Assembly: GCA_964350645.1 (NCBI GenBank)
Contig: CAYGJY010000001.1
Span: 399,939-463,938, forward strand
From: an uncultured Candidatus Saccharibacteria bacterium
GTDB lineage: Bacteria; Patescibacteriota; Minisyncoccia; Phycocordibacterales; UBA918
DNA: 64,000 bases
Direction of reading: 5' to 3'
Shown: positions 52,701 to 60,755 of the stretch, piece after piece
How the letters are laid out: every line of letters starts with the position of its first letter
Numbering within the stretch: position 1 is the stretch's first letter
Position numbers and translations under genes: made by a program
The notes under the pieces: model-generated
Told to the model about the DNA's origin: nothing
The model's input: only the letters and a program-made list of their open reading frames with translations
Database searches by the model: none

Positions 52701-54018
52701 CAGTTGTGTCACCCACGCTAAGTGAGAAGAAATACACAAAACTACCAGCTGGCATTTCAGCTAAAGTCGCTGGACAATTAGCGATCCGTACTCCTCGCTT
52801 CGAGACATTTACTGGAGTGTCAGTCGCGTCAAAGGTGACGGTGGTAAAGTCAGCCGTTGATCCAGTGCTTGGGACATAGTCAAATCGACAATCAAAGAAG
52901 TTCTGTGACTCATCGATATTTGTGTAGACATTCAGATAGAACTCGTTAGCATCACCACTATTGCCATTACCGGCAATCTTAAAGTCGTAGGTGAAGCTAT
53001 CAATATCTTCTACCGGTACCTGGATGAAGTTTTCGCCAATAAATTTATCGGCTGGTACGTCAGACACTGGACCGACAAATAGTGACCCATTACCAATACT
53101 TGCGTCATCGTCATTAAACTCGAATATAGTTGTTGAATCACGGTTGAACAACCAACCACCATTTTCCAGTGTGAAGTCATCTCCTGTTACCACGATTGTA
53201 TTTTCATCCTTTGGTATAGGCGCCTGAACGTCAAACCGAGTCCAGTTAAATCGCTCATCCGTTTCTGCACCAAATGATAATCGTACTTCCACAAAAGCAT
53301 TCGCTGAAAGAGTTACCTGCTTTGTCTCGTTGGTGACACACACAAATGGGTATAGCCCATCAGTGATTTCAGGATTGAAGTTGACGCCACCGTTAGTTGC
53401 GATTATTTGTGAAGTGTCGCCATCAGTTCGATACTCAAAACATGAAGCAAAATTTCGCGTTGAGACAAAATCAAGTGTTATTTCACCTGGTGCTGAGGCT
53501 GTTTCTTCCACATACGCAAACCCAGCCGTAGTATTTATTGCATTGGTACTTGGAAAGACTGAACTAGTAGTATTTTCTTGAACCTCAACGGTTACAGTAG
53601 CATCAGCCCCAATTTGGGTTCCGCCTGGTCCGTCGAGTAGTTGAACAGTAATAGTGTAGTCACCAGCAGTAGGATTGCTATAACAAATTCCTTTGTTTTC
53701 ATCTATTGCAAACTCGCTATCTACAGTAAGGCTATTACATTCACCACCGATTGTACCTGAGAAAAATGAACCACCACCATCGTCTGAAACCGCTACTACG
53801 GTGCCTGCTGTACGTGTTGTGTCGTCAGTGGTGACCGTCGCGACAAAATTAACTTGTTCATCAACAAGCGCAGTGAGTGTTGATTCATTAGTCGTGACGC
53901 CCGTACTGGCCGCAAAGGCGACAAAAAAAGACGCCGGAAAAGCGCTAAGTAGAAGAGAAAGCATAGTCGCCAAAGCAACAATACGAACTGAAATGAGTCG
54001 GGGGTTAATAAAAGCCAT
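49762..54018 (-). CDS. Large secreted surface protein: Ig-like repeats, Cys-rich motif, SdrD-B-like domain, C-terminal peptidoglycan-binding-like domain
   Basis: DTGKP/DTTGP/DITKP Ig repeats; YCGDGIVQ..EQCE; IQGAKWNDLDEDGIWDEEEPTLNGWTI; QVTKLQTFLN..TGVFDITTENNVKAFQ. Confidence 0.75.
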   Translation of the reverse strand: MAFINPRLISVRIVALATMLSLLLSAFPASFFVAFAASTGVTTNESTLTALVDEQVNFVATVTTDDTTRTAGTVVAVSDDGGGSFFSGTIGGECNSLTVDSEFAIDENKGICYSNPTAGDYTITVQLLDGPGGTQIGADATVTVEVQENTTSSVFPSTNAINTTAGFAYVEETASAPGEITLDFVSTRNFASCFEYRTDGDTSQIIATNGGVNFNPEITDGLYPFVCVTNETKQVTLSANAFVEVRLSFGAETDERFNWTRFDVQAPIPKDENTIVVTGDDFTLENGGWLFNRDSTTIFEFNDDDASIGNGSLFVGPVSDVPADKFIGENFIQVPVEDIDSFTYDFKIAGNGNSGDANEFYLNVYTNIDESQNFFDCRFDYVPSTGSTADFTTVTFDATDTPVNVSKRGVRIANCPATLAEMPAGSFVYFFSLSVGDTTDSDEGLAGYYDNVVLETASAITTWDFEPEPDTGKPTMTVIEPENGFVTNADFDIVIQATDNEELASVVVNLKDENGANLASCLNEPTGAVTTYDASCTVSVAALGEGEFGYKANARDAAGNISNTVSRLFTIDTTGPAITINTPVVDEVISQEVTVTGSATDPAGIEGDQVAVHLRPLKENGKCGAFVSSADATVGETGAFSTTFDVSAFLPGRYCVTVLSSDTVGNNNGGGNHVKSFVIVEPDITKPDVVITSPANGAVVADDPFTVTGTASDAQSEIEDVLYTVTQIDTLGGDYVASVDSGTAIGTNLWSFAVDALTAGFYRLKAQAFDTEGNFRYKFHDIEVVERPDASLVITNPETADQTLSGIVSFAAEYVDGDDTPDTMQWAVRTGDCGIGGTTVAGNVDGFTDVSSFDGASFGATVDMSALADGQYCFIANPNESSGPNLRETQPFFLENIVEVVYGAYCGDGIVQTEGANSWEQCEIGDEGCTEYCLFENQCSAEKLVKITLNETESVSFDGQIYLGAEDNIIPSGTWFNFNEVGDLAFNTLANGVQGLAVERNQENSELKLAFTGDNQSRQIDIVAGSIETIGIDLGKIDRSPNPSFKLEDKSPAFIDIFDKTDESIEFDMRVDTGNDGVSVEVGLGDEYNCPLTYTIQGAKWNDLDEDGIWDEEEPTLNGWTIQASDGETLLETTTDGEGNYEFQVEAGDWTVSEVQQIGWTQSAPDSELGVCEFNIPQNEVSFYECNFGNYEESQPEVSESTLACDSFTTNRSLVDVGNPIILSWNTTDADSVVIDTNIGAVASDGSIQVNVPVNEGTVTYTLTAINGEETVTCSTAVEVREMSGGGGGSAQAGIVAGASISTESESQVLGVTTSNQCDLYLTEYMKSGQVNDVLQVTKLQTFLNEQGFITPYTGVFDITTENNVKAFQQVYSSEILLPWVAVDPSYDLTPSGYVFKTTRWKINDMKCPGIQAFPELP

Positions 54019-54136
54019 ATCGATATAAATCTTAAAGTAGTAATCCCACCTGTGGCAAAAGCCAAAGTACGCTGATGATACAACTTTTATTACACAAATT
54101 CAATTAAAGCGACGTCACTTGAAATTTGTCAATAAT

Positions 54137-55024
54137 TTACATCGAATCACCAATCCGCTCGATTATTTTCAACTCCACACATCTACCCATTTCTCTGCCA
54201 GCTAGCGTCTCATCACGCAAGCCTTTTAATCGTTCGGCCTCATCCATAAAGGAATACATCCGCTCCAAAAACGCTCGTCTCTCTTCAGAAATCATCTTCG
54301 GCGGCATTGCCTTGTCAAACATCCACGGGAATACTCCACAGGCATAAAATTCATTTGTGGTAGAGGCCGGCAGACCGAGTAAACGGACTTTTTCACCACT
54401 CAACAAGCGATCTTGATCTGGCTGACGCAACTCACTGATATTGAGTGTCCAGCTGGCGCCAGTAACATCAAGCAGTGTAGTCGTATTTTCATCGTTTGAA
54501 GTAAGAATGCCAACCAACCTACCTTCTTCTGGTGCTTGCCACAATTTTAACTCCATTTTTCCCTGAGACATATACATCGGCATTTGTTCACCGAGTATCC
54601 TATCGGCCAATGCTCCAACTCCCGCAAAGTGTAAAACTGCTCCCCCAACAATACTGAACAACAAACTACTCCCAATAATCTGTCCCACCGGGTAGCGATA
54701 GCCACGCTTAGTTTTTCGGAGATAAAATACCGCTAAAACTGTCATAGCCGCAAAGACTCCAATCCACACAAATGGAATCACGGTCACAAGAAACTGCCAA
54801 GCTGAATCATGGGTAGCCTCAAAAATATCACGACTGCGGGTAACGAGCGCACTGCAAAATATTGCCATCGAAATAGCCCCTAATAACACCGTAGTCACCC
54901 ACAAGACCCAGACGAGACATTCGGTACACCAAAACCACATTTTTGGTGTGGGTGTAATCGAATCACGTGTGAGGCGATCCAACACTGCGTCTTTGATATT
55001 TGGTTGTTCTGGCTGAGTGTTCAT
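54137..55024 (-). CDS. Putative membrane-bound anti-sigma factor
   Basis: Three TM helices and an extracytoplasmic domain; 4-nt overlap with the ECF sigma gene. Confidence 0.55.
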   Translation of the reverse strand: MNTQPEQPNIKDAVLDRLTRDSITPTPKMWFWCTECLVWVLWVTTVLLGAISMAIFCSALVTRSRDIFEATHDSAWQFLVTVIPFVWIGVFAAMTVLAVFYLRKTKRGYRYPVGQIIGSSLLFSIVGGAVLHFAGVGALADRILGEQMPMYMSQGKMELKLWQAPEEGRLVGILTSNDENTTTLLDVTGASWTLNISELRQPDQDRLLSGEKVRLLGLPASTTNEFYACGVFPWMFDKAMPPKMISEERRAFLERMYSFMDEAERLKGLRDETLAGREMGRCVELKIIERIGDSM

Positions 55025-55596
55025 AAGCGTACGTGGTCGGTATTAATATATTTTTTGAGTTGTTGTTTACCGCGATGAATTAAGGTACCTACTGATCCAA
55101 TCGGAATTTGTAAAATATCGGAGATATCTTCGTATTCATGATGTTCGAAAAATCTTAAAATTAAGACATCACGGTATTTTGCATCAAGTTGTGATAGAGC
55201 GTTATTAATGGTGACGGCATTTAATTCACCGTCAAAAAGTACTTCCTGGCTTTTTTCAGGAGCTTTTACTAAATTTAAAATATCATCACTTTCGCTTACC
55301 AGGTGACCCTCAGGACGTACGTTGCGCTTGCGAAACCAAGAAATAGCTTCATTGTGCGCAATGCGGTAAATCCAGGATGAAAATTTCATGTTGGTATCAA
55401 ACCCATGCAGGTTTTTATACACCTTAATAAAAATCTCCTGCAATACATCTTGCTGGTCTTCGCGTACGCGAACTCCCAATCGATTAATATACCGACACAG
55501 TTGTGATTCGTAACGATCAATAATATGTCCAAAGAGGGCTGGCTCACGTAAGGTTGCAACCACTACTTCTTCATCTTTCATAGCGCTATAATCCAC
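55021..55596 (-). CDS. ECF (sigma-70 group 4) RNA polymerase sigma factor, SigW-like
   Basis: DVLQEIFIKVYKNL..F..KFSSWIYRIAHN; LILRFFE..YEDISDILQIPIGSVGTLIHRGK. Confidence 0.92.
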   Translation of the reverse strand: MDYSAMKDEEVVVATLREPALFGHIIDRYESQLCRYINRLGVRVREDQQDVLQEIFIKVYKNLHGFDTNMKFSSWIYRIAHNEAISWFRKRNVRPEGHLVSESDDILNLVKAPEKSQEVLFDGELNAVTINNALSQLDAKYRDVLILRFFEHHEYEDISDILQIPIGSVGTLIHRGKQQLKKYINTDHVRL

Positions 55597-55611
55597 TCCT
55601 GCATCGTATCT

Positions 55612-55643
55612 TTTTTTACGCTTTTTTGCACGGATTCTTTCAC
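55612..55643 (-). promoter_or_regulatory. Putative autoregulatory ECF promoter of the sigma/anti-sigma operon
   Basis: GTGAAAGAAT-N13-CGTAAAAAA upstream of the sigma gene. Confidence 0.65.
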
Positions 55644-55675
55644 GCAGGCACGCTATAAGCTATACTATCTGTCAT

Positions 55676-56179
55676 ATGAAAAAATTTCTTTTATTTGTAG
55701 CACTGACAATCGTCAGTTGTGTACCAGTAGCGACTAGTGCCTTTGTATTTGAAGACTCTCGAGTACTAAAACTAAACGATACAACGGCTTTATTTAGTAT
55801 TAGTTATTCAGCAAGATTTGTGGATCGAGTTACCTATCACCCTCTACAAGCAACTGTAGCAAGTACTAAGGCAGATGTATCTGCAGCTCACGTTGAAATC
55901 TTCGGAGCAACTGAACCAGTAACTGTATTTGGATTTGTGGAAAGCGAAGCTCCTGTCATCACAAGAAAGTATCGCCTACCCACTAACAGTAAAGGAGTCC
56001 AGACCGTGCACGTATTAGTTAGTGTCTCCGATCCAAGTGAACTAAACGCTATCTCAGTTGGTTTACAGCAGATTCCAATTAATGCCGTTATTCCCGGCGA
56101 AAAATCTGAAATTTTCTTCCTCCGCGGCGCGGTCGTCGAGCAAGCTCAAACAGAAACAGTGGCCGAAAGCCTGCAGTAG
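55676..56179 (+). CDS. Secreted hypothetical protein
   Basis: MKKFLLF signal peptide; TATACT 9 nt upstream; terminator downstream. Confidence 0.7.
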   Translation: MKKFLLFVALTIVSCVPVATSAFVFEDSRVLKLNDTTALFSISYSARFVDRVTYHPLQATVASTKADVSAAHVEIFGATEPVTVFGFVESEAPVITRKYRLPTNSKGVQTVHVLVSVSDPSELNAISVGLQQIPINAVIPGEKSEIFFLRGAVVEQAQTETVAESLQ

Positions 56180-56201
56180 AGCAGGAGTAACCTAAAACAA
56201 A

Positions 56202-56230
56202 AACGGCCGGGAGCGAAGCTCCCGGCCGTT
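56202..56230. terminator. Bidirectional terminator between convergent genes
   Basis: AACGGCCGGGAGC-gaa-GCTCCCGGCCGTT flanked by A- and T-rich tracts. Confidence 0.75.
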
Positions 56231-56238
56231 GTTGTTTC

Positions 56239-57498
56239 CTACACCGCTTCCCCAGCCACCCAACCAGTTGTCCAGCAAAGCTGCAGTGAGTACCCACCAC
56301 TCGGTCGATTAATGTGAAGTACATCACCGGTAAAATACAGATTGGAATGTAAGGTAGACACCATGGTCTTTGTATCAACTTCAGTCAAATCAACTCCACC
56401 ATCTGAAATAACTGCCCAATCCAAGCCCATCGTATCGGTGATTGTAAGTGGCATTGCTTTTAGTCGGTTCACCAAATCATGTCGCACCTCTTTACTAACA
56501 CTATGCACCTTCATCTCTTGAATCTCAGGATCTAACTGTGCCGCTACTGCGTCACTCATACCATGTGGTACAAATTCCTTCAGTACATTTTTAAGCGTCT
56601 TATTTTTATTTATATTAAACACCTCAATGACTCGGTTACGCAGAGTACCTATCTCCGTATCGGGATACATATCAATACTGGCTGGGACCACGCCGTGGAC
56701 CAAAAGCTGCTTTACCTCATGAGCAGCGTTAAGAATCAAAGGACCCGAAATACCAAAATGAGTAAACAGAACTTTTCCAGTTCGAGAGAAGCCATTTGGT
56801 TTTTTACTACCGTCACGATTCACATTAAAATTTATCTTCATAAACGACAGTGTTTTCCCAGAACTCTGCTTTACCCATTCTTCTTCAACTTTTAATGGCA
56901 CAATATTGGGACTTGATTCGTGTATGGTGTGACCAAGTGCTTTTAACCACTCAATTCCTTCACCTGAGGCTCCCGTTTCTGCATGCGAAGAGCCACCAGT
57001 GGCTAAGATAAATTTTTTGGCTCGAAATTCCCCATTGTTAGTTTCAATCCCTACTAACTGGCCAGCTTCAGTAATAAAGCTCAGTACCCGTGTCTTTAAT
57101 TTTAATTCAACGTTATTACTCGTTACATACTGCCGCATCACCTTGGTTACGTCAGCAGCTGACTGACTTTCTGGGAAAGCTCGTTTGCGAGCTTCAACTA
57201 CTAAAGGTACATTGCGCTTCGTAAAAAAGTCCCAAGAATCCTGCATCCCGTGTTGTGAGAACGGTGAATGAAGAAACTTAGCCGCATCGCCATAGTGCGA
57301 CAGTAATAAGCGTGTATCTGTTTCGGCATTCAAAATATTACAACGACCACCTCCAGTGATTGAGAGTTTTTTACCCAACTCTTTATTTTTTTCCACGAGT
57401 AATACCCGCCGGCCTCGCTCCGCCGCTCGGCCGGCCGCCATCATTCCAGATGCACCACCGCCAATTACAATGACGTCATAGATAGTTCCACTTGACAT
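56239..57498 (-). CDS. HI0933/YhiN/BaiN-family flavoprotein
   Basis: VIGGGASGMMAA, GKKLSITGGGRCN, LATGG, LFTHFGISGP, GGV, GGYSLQLCWTTG. Confidence 0.9.
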   Translation of the reverse strand: MSSGTIYDVIVIGGGASGMMAAGRAAERGRRVLLVEKNKELGKKLSITGGGRCNILNAETDTRLLLSHYGDAAKFLHSPFSQHGMQDSWDFFTKRNVPLVVEARKRAFPESQSAADVTKVMRQYVTSNNVELKLKTRVLSFITEAGQLVGIETNNGEFRAKKFILATGGSSHAETGASGEGIEWLKALGHTIHESSPNIVPLKVEEEWVKQSSGKTLSFMKINFNVNRDGSKKPNGFSRTGKVLFTHFGISGPLILNAAHEVKQLLVHGVVPASIDMYPDTEIGTLRNRVIEVFNINKNKTLKNVLKEFVPHGMSDAVAAQLDPEIQEMKVHSVSKEVRHDLVNRLKAMPLTITDTMGLDWAVISDGGVDLTEVDTKTMVSTLHSNLYFTGDVLHINRPSGGYSLQLCWTTGWVAGEAV

Positions 57499-57542
57499 AG
57501 TGGCAAGATATTAGCATAATATGCCACTAAATCAACCTTTCT

Positions 57543-58247
57543 ATGCCAGAACCAGTCCGCATTAATAAACGTCTCGCCGAACTCGGCCTCTGCTCTCGTC
57601 GTGAGGGTGATGTTTTAATTGCAGCCGGCCAGGTTTTGGTTAATGGTAAGCCAGCCGCACTGGGACAAAAAGTCAACACATCTGACTCGGTGACTATCGA
57701 AGGGAAAACTAAAGACTTAGTCTATCTTGCCTATTACAAAGGCCGTGGCATTATCACTCACTCGCCAGAAACTCATGAAGTAGACATTGTCACTCGACTT
57801 AAGAAAGACTATCAACTTACCGATATCTACCCAGTCGGACGTCTCGACAAAGACTCTGAAGGACTAATTATCGTCACTAATGACGGCCGTATCACTGGTC
57901 CCCTACTTGACCCCGACGCTAACATTGCGAAAACCTATGAAGTTGAAGTCGACAAACCAGTTACAGCTAAGTTTTTGAAATTACTCGAATACGGTGTCGA
58001 TATTGAAGGATACCTCACAAAGCCTGCAACTACGAAAGAAAAATCAGCCAAGCACTTTACTCTCACTATTACCGAAGGGAAAAAACACCAAATTCGTCGG
58101 ATGTGTGCGGCCCTCGGCTATCAGGTTCAGTCACTCAAACGACTACAGATAGCCAATATCGAACTTGGCACAATAAAACCCAACCAATACCGCAAAATTG
58201 CGGGACCTGAGTTGACGGAATTATTACACACCCTCGCTATTCAATAG
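57543..58247 (+). CDS. RsuA-family rRNA pseudouridine synthase with S4 domain (RluF/RluB-like)
   Basis: RINKRLAELGLCSRRE, PVGRLDKDSEGL, ITEGKKHQIRRM. Confidence 0.9.
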   Translation: MPEPVRINKRLAELGLCSRREGDVLIAAGQVLVNGKPAALGQKVNTSDSVTIEGKTKDLVYLAYYKGRGIITHSPETHEVDIVTRLKKDYQLTDIYPVGRLDKDSEGLIIVTNDGRITGPLLDPDANIAKTYEVEVDKPVTAKFLKLLEYGVDIEGYLTKPATTKEKSAKHFTLTITEGKKHQIRRMCAALGYQVQSLKRLQIANIELGTIKPNQYRKIAGPELTELLHTLAIQ

Positions 58248-58293
58248 CAATACTATTTTTGTAGTATTTTATACTTATTGTGCTGGCAAAAGC

Positions 58294-59523
58294 TTACCAT
58301 TGCCAACCCTCAATATCTTCGTATGCCTGTACGTACGCACTCAGACAATGCTGAGTAAAATCGATCCGCTGCTTCAACTCTGTTTCCCCAGTAAGAAATC
58401 CACCATGTGAGATAGTCGGCTTGGTCTGACTCATAAATTGTAATCCTTCCTCAGTCATAACCAATCGGTACAGCTGGTCCTCATGCAACTGTAATCTAGC
58501 AGTCTTCGCCAACCAAAAATCAATTTCGTGCTCCAGAAGGCTGGCGAGCTGGTTATCAGTGCCGTTGACGACAATACTCTGTGCACTGACCATACCCTCA
58601 ATTGGAGCACAATAGTTATGACGTATAGTGTGATTACTTTGTGATCGGATTACTTGTTCAGCGGTAAAATCTTCAGCGTAAGCTTGATAGTCATCATTTG
58701 GCCAGACGGTCTTTGCATCTTTGAGTGCAGCCATAATCCAGAGATACAAAGCAGATTCCTTTTCTTCAGTCGTAAGATACGCAAACGTATCAGCAAAAGC
58801 ATCTTTGACCGCTTCCTCTGATTGGTATTGGTAATAGCGCACTAAGGCCAACATGGCTTCTCCATTAAAGAAAGGTGACTCTGAATTTGCCAAACCAGTT
58901 CTGAGGCGATACACATTGCTAAATCCAGCGCCTTCGAACTTAGCGGCCAATAAGTACTCTTTGTACGACTCAATCAGGTCAGCATGGCTATCTCCTGCAG
59001 TCGGGTTAGCTGCGGCATAACTTAAAAGTCCCAAAAGAGCCAATGCAGAAGAACCTAAACGACACTCTGTATCAAACTGGGAATTCTGCACACAGGCAAA
59101 TTTCCCATCACTATCAGCGACTGTCTCTGTATGGTCTCTAAAATACGCGATTGAAGTTTCGAGAGCGGTCTGCACCTGCGGATTATTTGCGCCAGTGCTC
59201 CGGTAATATTCCGCCAAAGCGTAGAATGTACCGGCTTGTCGGACCATAGCATTATCATCAGTGTAACTTCCTTCATACGGTAAGTACTCGTATCCAAAGC
59301 CCTTATCTGCTTGTTGCGAACTGACAATCCAGTCAGCACTAGCAACAATAATTTCTTTCATCTCCTCTTTAGTCAACGGTTCTGGTTCAGGATCTACTAA
59401 TGCTTCGAGGTACATAACCATTGCTTGCAGCTTAGAGAGCTGTACGTCTGGATTACTTGCCAAGACAAACTGCGGCAGCAGGGTTGCACCTACGAGGAAT
59501 AAAAGGAATAGTTTTTTTAACAT
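58294..59523 (-). CDS. Secreted alpha/alpha-barrel (six-hairpin glycosidase-like) protein
   Basis: Signal peptide; helical repeats with QQADKGFGY, VRQAGT, GEAMLAL and RIDFTQH. The fold is inferred. Confidence 0.5.
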   Translation of the reverse strand: MLKKLFLLFLVGATLLPQFVLASNPDVQLSKLQAMVMYLEALVDPEPEPLTKEEMKEIIVASADWIVSSQQADKGFGYEYLPYEGSYTDDNAMVRQAGTFYALAEYYRSTGANNPQVQTALETSIAYFRDHTETVADSDGKFACVQNSQFDTECRLGSSALALLGLLSYAAANPTAGDSHADLIESYKEYLLAAKFEGAGFSNVYRLRTGLANSESPFFNGEAMLALVRYYQYQSEEAVKDAFADTFAYLTTEEKESALYLWIMAALKDAKTVWPNDDYQAYAEDFTAEQVIRSQSNHTIRHNYCAPIEGMVSAQSIVVNGTDNQLASLLEHEIDFWLAKTARLQLHEDQLYRLVMTEEGLQFMSQTKPTISHGGFLTGETELKQRIDFTQHCLSAYVQAYEDIEGWQW

Positions 59524-59528
59524 AGATA

Positions 59529-59726
59529 CTAAGTGTCTGTAACACTTTTTGCTTCATCCCAATCCTTAGCAAACCGCTCCATCCAGGCTTTTTTCTCGGT
59601 CTCTGAAGCACTTGAGATAACGTCCTTATGTTCACTCATATAATGAGCATACAACTGATTAAGAATATCCTCACGAGATTCTGACTGGAAGCTTTGTTCA
59701 CAGTCGTAGCAAGTAAATGTTTTCAT
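59529..59726 (-). CDS. Small metal-binding protein (DUF1059-like)
   Basis: MKTFTCYDC..HYMSEH; TATACT 8 nt upstream. Confidence 0.6.
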   Translation of the reverse strand: MKTFTCYDCEQSFQSESREDILNQLYAHYMSEHKDVISSASETEKKAWMERFAKDWDEAKSVTDT

Positions 59727-59746
59727 ATACGTTCAGTATAGCAAAC

Positions 59747-59779
59747 GAAACGGGCCGAAGCTTCGCTTCGGCCCGTTTC
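59747..59779. terminator. Perfect 15-bp hairpin after the 59788..60384 gene
   Basis: GAAACGGGCCGAAGC-ttc-GCTTCGGCCCGTTTC. Confidence 0.7.
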
Positions 59780-59787
59780 CGTTTGTA

Positions 59788-60384
59788 TTACCGATTCCAC
59801 CACTGCCACTCACTCAATTTTATTCCGATGATAAAAATCATTTCTTGCATCTGTGTTCGTAAACGATTTTTCCAATCCTCCTTACTCACTTCACTCACAC
59901 CCCCTTCTTGTCCCGCTTCACTAAGCGCTGCGACAATATCAGTCGCCAACGGCGAGTCAACTGCATAAGAATTCACAACCTGTGGTAAATCAAACAGGCC
60001 AGCACGCTGACTCACGATATACAACGTTTCTTCTCCTTCAACTGCTGGTCCACCAGCACACAAATAACCCCAGGTAGAATTTTTTTCGTAGTACACCCAA
60101 AACATCTCATCGACATAGCCTTTATGAGCCTCAGTCACTTCTACATACTGACCGGTGTATCCGCTGTCATATTGAAAATTAGGATCACCATCAGTCGAAG
60201 CTTTTTCACTCACATGCTCTACAATTTGACCAGCCGTAGCCGTGAAGACCTGATAATCATCCTGACTGACATAATATTCAATCATTCCGGCCGGATCAAG
60301 ACAACTCAACGCTTGTGCAGTAACCGGCATTACTGCGCTAGTAACAAAAATGGCGGCGATTAAGCCCGTAAGAATATGTTTCAT
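59788..60384 (-). CDS. Secreted protein, possible TIMP/NTR-like OB fold
   Basis: AQA|LSC at the mature N-terminus, VEVTEAHKG, a second Cys in YLC, GEETLY. Confidence 0.5.
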   Translation of the reverse strand: MKHILTGLIAAIFVTSAVMPVTAQALSCLDPAGMIEYYVSQDDYQVFTATAGQIVEHVSEKASTDGDPNFQYDSGYTGQYVEVTEAHKGYVDEMFWVYYEKNSTWGYLCAGGPAVEGEETLYIVSQRAGLFDLPQVVNSYAVDSPLATDIVAALSEAGQEGGVSEVSKEDWKNRLRTQMQEMIFIIGIKLSEWQWWNR

Positions 60385-60391
60385 ATACTAA

Positions 60392-60423
60392 GTTATGACG
60401 ATCTTAAAAAGACAATCTTACAC
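60392..60423 (-). promoter_or_regulatory. ECF-type promoter
   Basis: GTGTAAGATT-N13-CGTCATAAC, 7 nt before ATG 60384. Confidence 0.7.
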
Positions 60424-60432
60424 ATACAGTAG

Positions 60433-60477
60433 CACACAAAAACCTCGCTGGATCATCCGAGCGAGGTTTTATGTGTG
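60433..60477 (-). terminator. Intrinsic terminator
   Basis: Minus strand AAAACCTCGCT(C)GGAT..ATCCAGCGAGGTTTTT. Confidence 0.7.
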
Positions 60478-60700
60478 TTGTGTAGTCTGCATTACGAAAT
60501 GGTTATCCAAAAATCCATCGAACGCGTGCTTGCAAAAGTTAGTTGTGGCTGACGGCCAACCATATGGATATAGTCGGGACCACCACGGCAGATGTTTTAC
60601 AAGACAGAATGAGTCAAGAATCTAAGTTTAGGCAATCACTCAAAAGTGGTGCAGAAATTATACGACTCACTAGTGACGGACCATCTGTAGTCACACTCAC
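60433..60700 (-). ncRNA. Candidate ECF-dependent small RNA (or small-peptide transcript)
   Basis: Bounded by the ECF promoter at 60706-60737 and a terminator at 60433-60477; only very short minus-strand ORFs; several internal complementary segments. Confidence 0.4.
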
Positions 60701-60705
60701 TACTT

Positions 60706-60737
60706 ACTATGACGTATGAGATCATGATTTATTTCAC
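60706..60737 (-). promoter_or_regulatory. ECF-type promoter with no downstream long ORF
   Basis: GTGAAATAAA-N13-CGTCATAGT. Confidence 0.6.
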
Positions 60738-60755
60738 AAACTGTGTCACTCTGTC

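Noticed and set aside
60433-60700. tmRNA, RNase P RNA or SRP RNA
   Set aside because: There are no GGGG..CCA tRNA-like ends, no GAGGAAAGUCC motif and no SRP GGAA-loop/AGCAG motif.
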